DNA from: Candidatus Woesearchaeota archaeon
GTDB lineage: Archaea > Nanobdellota > Nanobdellia > Pacearchaeales > GW2011-AR1
NCBI GenBank assembly: GCA_964397665.1
Contig: CAYNJW010000004.1
Span: 6,660 to 35,110 of the forward strand
Reading direction: 5' to 3'
Length of the DNA stretch: 28,451 nucleotides
The translations under genes and the position numbers were made by a program. This document shows positions 26,165 to 28,451 of the stretch, piece after piece (position 1 is the first letter of the stretch; each line of letters starts with the position of its first letter). The notes under the pieces were generated by a model. The model saw nothing but the letters and a program-made list of their open reading frames with translations. It did no database searches and was not told where the DNA came from.

Positions 26165-28451
26165 ATGCCACACGTAAAAAAAATTATAATGCAGGGGTTT
26201 AAATCATTTGCTAGAAAAACTGAAATTCCGTTCGAAGAAGGTATGAATGTTATTGTTGGTCCAAATGGTTCTGGAAAATCAAATATCACAGATGCATTAT
26301 GTTTTGTTCTTGGAAGAGTTTCTATAAAATCGATTAGAGCTGCAAAAGCTGCAAATCTTATTTTCTCTGGAAATAAACAATTTAAAAGCTCTTTGGAAGC
26401 TTCAGTAGAATTAATCTTTGATAACTCAGATAAAACTTTTGCAATAGATAAAAATGAAATCTCAATAAAAAGAGTAGTAAGAAAGAGTGGACAATCAGTT
26501 TATAAGATAAATAATGAAACAAAAACTAGGCAAGAACTTTTAGAACTTCTTGCGCAAGGAGGAATAGATCCACATGGATTTAATATTGTTCTTCAAGGAG
26601 AAATAGCTTCACTTATAAAAATAAATGCTGATGAAAGAAGGAAAATAATTGAGGAAGTAGCTGGGATTTCAATTTATGAAACTAGAAAAATTAAATCTTT
26701 GAAAGAGCTTGAAAAAACTGAAGAAAAACTAAAAGAAGTTTCAACAATACTAAAAGAAAAAAATAGTTATCTTAAAAATCTAGAAAAGGAAAGACAAGAA
26801 GTTTTATCTTATCAAAAATTAGAAGAAACAATAAAAAAATGCGAAGGAACAATTTTAGATAATGAAATACGAACTAAGAAAAAGGAACTTAAAGAGAAAG
26901 AAGAAAAAGAAGAAAAAGAACTTAGAAAACTGAAAGAGATAAAGGAAAAAGTTGCAAATAAAAATGAGATAATCAACCAATTTGAAGAAAAGATTATTAA
27001 AATAAATAAAAAAATCCAAACATCTACTTCTCAAGAACAAGAAACAATAAACAAAGACTTATCTGAATTAAAAGCAAAATTAGCCGGTTTAAGTGTGAAA
27101 AAAGAAAATTTTGAAAGAAGATTAGAACAGAATAATGAAAAAGAAAAAAATATGAGAAATAAAATTGAAAGCTATACTGAAAAACTTTCACAAATGGAAA
27201 AATCTACTCCAGAAATAAAACAGCAACAACAAGAATTAAAAAAAATTCAAGATAAATTTGATAAATTAGAAAAAGAACGAAGAAAGTTTTATCAAATTAA
27301 ATCTGAAGTTTCGACATTAGAAAATCAAAAAGAAGAAAAAATGGAAAAACTAATTGAAGAAAAAACAGAATTAGAATTAATTGAAAAAACAATAACCCAG
27401 TTATTTAATGAAATTAAATATGAAAAATCTCCTGAGAAAGCAAAAAACTTAATTCTTGAAACAAAAAAAGAAATAAGAAAAACAATTGAAGAAATAGAAA
27501 CACTAACAGATAAAATCCTTGAACTTGAAAAAACAAATGCAATAGTTGAACAAACAATCTCTAGAGAAGAAAAACTTAAGGGAGACATTATAACTCTTAA
27601 AACATGCCCATTATGTAAAAATGAAATAACTAAAGAACATATTGAACAGGTAATAAATCGGGCAAATGAAATAATAATAAAAACAAAAGAAGGTAAAGAA
27701 AAAAATAACGAAATAAAAGAAAAAGCAAAAATAAGAATCAAAAAATTAAAAGAAATTCTTGAAAAACTCGAATTAAAAATCCGTGAAATTGAACTAGATA
27801 TAATAAAAATAGAAAAATCTGAAGAAAAAAAAGAACAAATAAAAAAATTAATGATTTCTAGAGATCACAATAAAACAATCATTGATGGACTAAATCTAAG
27901 ATATAAAGATATTAAAAAAGAATATGAAAGACTAAAAAATATTGAAGAAATTTATGATGAAACTAGAATTAGAATGCAAGAGTTATCCTTTTCAGATATT
28001 GATATGGATTCTGAAATATCTATGAAACAAATGGAACTTGAAAAGATAAAAATTGAAATAAAGGCAATTGAAAGAGATTCAGAAGATTCAAAAATAGAAT
28101 TAAAAAAAATTATTAAAGATCTTGAAGAAATTTTAATTAAATCAAAGAAAAAAGAAAAAGAACAAGAAGAAATTTATAAACAATTCCAAAAATTATTTGA
28201 AGAAAAAAATGAATTTCAAGATCAACAAAAAGGAATTGAAACAATGGTTATTGGTTTTCAACATGAGATGAAAAATCATGAAATAAATATTGGAAATCTA
28301 AATATCGAAAAAGCAAAATTAAATGCCCAATTAGAAACTTTATCAAATGAACTTGAGAAATATAAAGGAATTGAATTCATGAAAGGACCAATAATACAAA
28401 TTAAAGAAAAGTTAAATAAAGCTAAACTAAGATTTTCCTCTTTTGGGAATA
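26165..28451 (+). CDS. SMC-family ATPase, 5'-partial (runs off the window end); SMC-type head with a Rad50-like CxxC hook motif
   Basis: Not in the ORF track because it has no stop in the window. I translated it by hand: open from the ATG at 26165 for 762 codons. It contains GFKSF, Walker A GPNGSGKSNITDALCFVLG (26258-26281), IVLQGEI, ERRKIIEEVAGIS and a long K/E-rich coiled coil, with CPLC at codons 481-484 (27605-27616). CTTAAAAA (26136-26143) ends 22 nt upstream. Confidence 0.85.
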   Translation, partial: MPHVKKIIMQGFKSFARKTEIPFEEGMNVIVGPNGSGKSNITDALCFVLGRVSIKSIRAAKAANLIFSGNKQFKSSLEASVELIFDNSDKTFAIDKNEISIKRVVRKSGQSVYKINNETKTRQELLELLAQGGIDPHGFNIVLQGEIASLIKINADERRKIIEEVAGISIYETRKIKSLKELEKTEEKLKEVSTILKEKNSYLKNLEKERQEVLSYQKLEETIKKCEGTILDNEIRTKKKELKEKEEKEEKELRKLKEIKEKVANKNEIINQFEEKIIKINKKIQTSTSQEQETINKDLSELKAKLAGLSVKKENFERRLEQNNEKEKNMRNKIESYTEKLSQMEKSTPEIKQQQQELKKIQDKFDKLEKERRKFYQIKSEVSTLENQKEEKMEKLIEEKTELELIEKTITQLFNEIKYEKSPEKAKNLILETKKEIRKTIEEIETLTDKILELEKTNAIVEQTISREEKLKGDIITLKTCPLCKNEITKEHIEQVINRANEIIIKTKEGKEKNNEIKEKAKIRIKKLKEILEKLELKIREIELDIIKIEKSEEKKEQIKKLMISRDHNKTIIDGLNLRYKDIKKEYERLKNIEEIYDETRIRMQELSFSDIDMDSEISMKQMELEKIKIEIKAIERDSEDSKIELKKIIKDLEEILIKSKKKEKEQEEIYKQFQKLFEEKNEFQDQQKGIETMVIGFQHEMKNHEINIGNLNIEKAKLNAQLETLSNELEKYKGIEFMKGPIIQIKEKLNKAKLRFSSFGN

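Noticed and set aside
1853-27741. Antisense or out-of-frame ORFs in the track. Minus-strand ORFs are 1853-2068, 3242-3454, 8719-9000, 9203-9439, 11560-11955, 16834-17052, 17366-17548, 17645-17854, 22669-23091, 24212-24421, 24618-24803, 24906-25106, 25394-25738, 26855-27040 and 27325-27741. Plus-strand ORFs are 4840-5145, 15155-15448 and 21692-21898.
   Set aside because: Each lies wholly inside, or opposite, a gene with strong family motifs. Their translations are low-complexity (Leu/Phe/Ser/Ile-rich mirror images of Lys/Glu/Asn-rich genes). None has a TATA box at the 22-nt spacing. They are typical shadow ORFs of A+T-rich DNA.
26800-28400. Highly repetitive-looking AAA/GAA-rich DNA in the last 1.6 kb, considered as a possible tandem repeat, CRISPR-like array or low-complexity junk
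   Set aside because: It is a single continuous open frame encoding Lys/Glu-rich heptad-like coiled coil of the SMC-family protein. There are no regularly spaced identical repeats or spacers.

Overview
AT-rich (about 28-30% G+C by eye), gene-dense archaeal chromosome segment. The gene content fits a small-genome DPANN-type archaeon: TBP, ATP-dependent DNA ligase, TrmB regulator, diphthine synthase, RNase HII, beta-CASP nuclease, IleRS and ArgRS, and leaderless promoters. I support about 27 protein genes and 3 tRNAs (Leu-CAA, Trp-CCA, Met-CAT); I found no rRNA, CRISPR array or recognisable transposase/integrase. Most of the window is housekeeping. Four things stand out. (1) A perfect 68-bp direct repeat (6112-6179 = 7108-7175) duplicates the 3' end of tsaC plus the tatD promoter. 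It brackets a ~0.93-kb foreign-looking insert that carries one orphan 142-aa gene and 269 bp of non-coding DNA, so it looks like att junctions without an integrase. (2) A translationally coupled operon (ATGA overlaps) joins a two-subunit 2-oxoacid:ferredoxin oxidoreductase to a very small (282 aa) [FeFe]-hydrogenase H-domain-like protein whose L1 motif is altered. (3) An SMC-type head and coiled coil carries a Rad50-style CPLC zinc-hook motif where the SMC hinge should be. (4) Three to four tandem TTTATAAA boxes lie upstream of the TBP gene. Functional calls rest on motifs read by eye; no database search was run.
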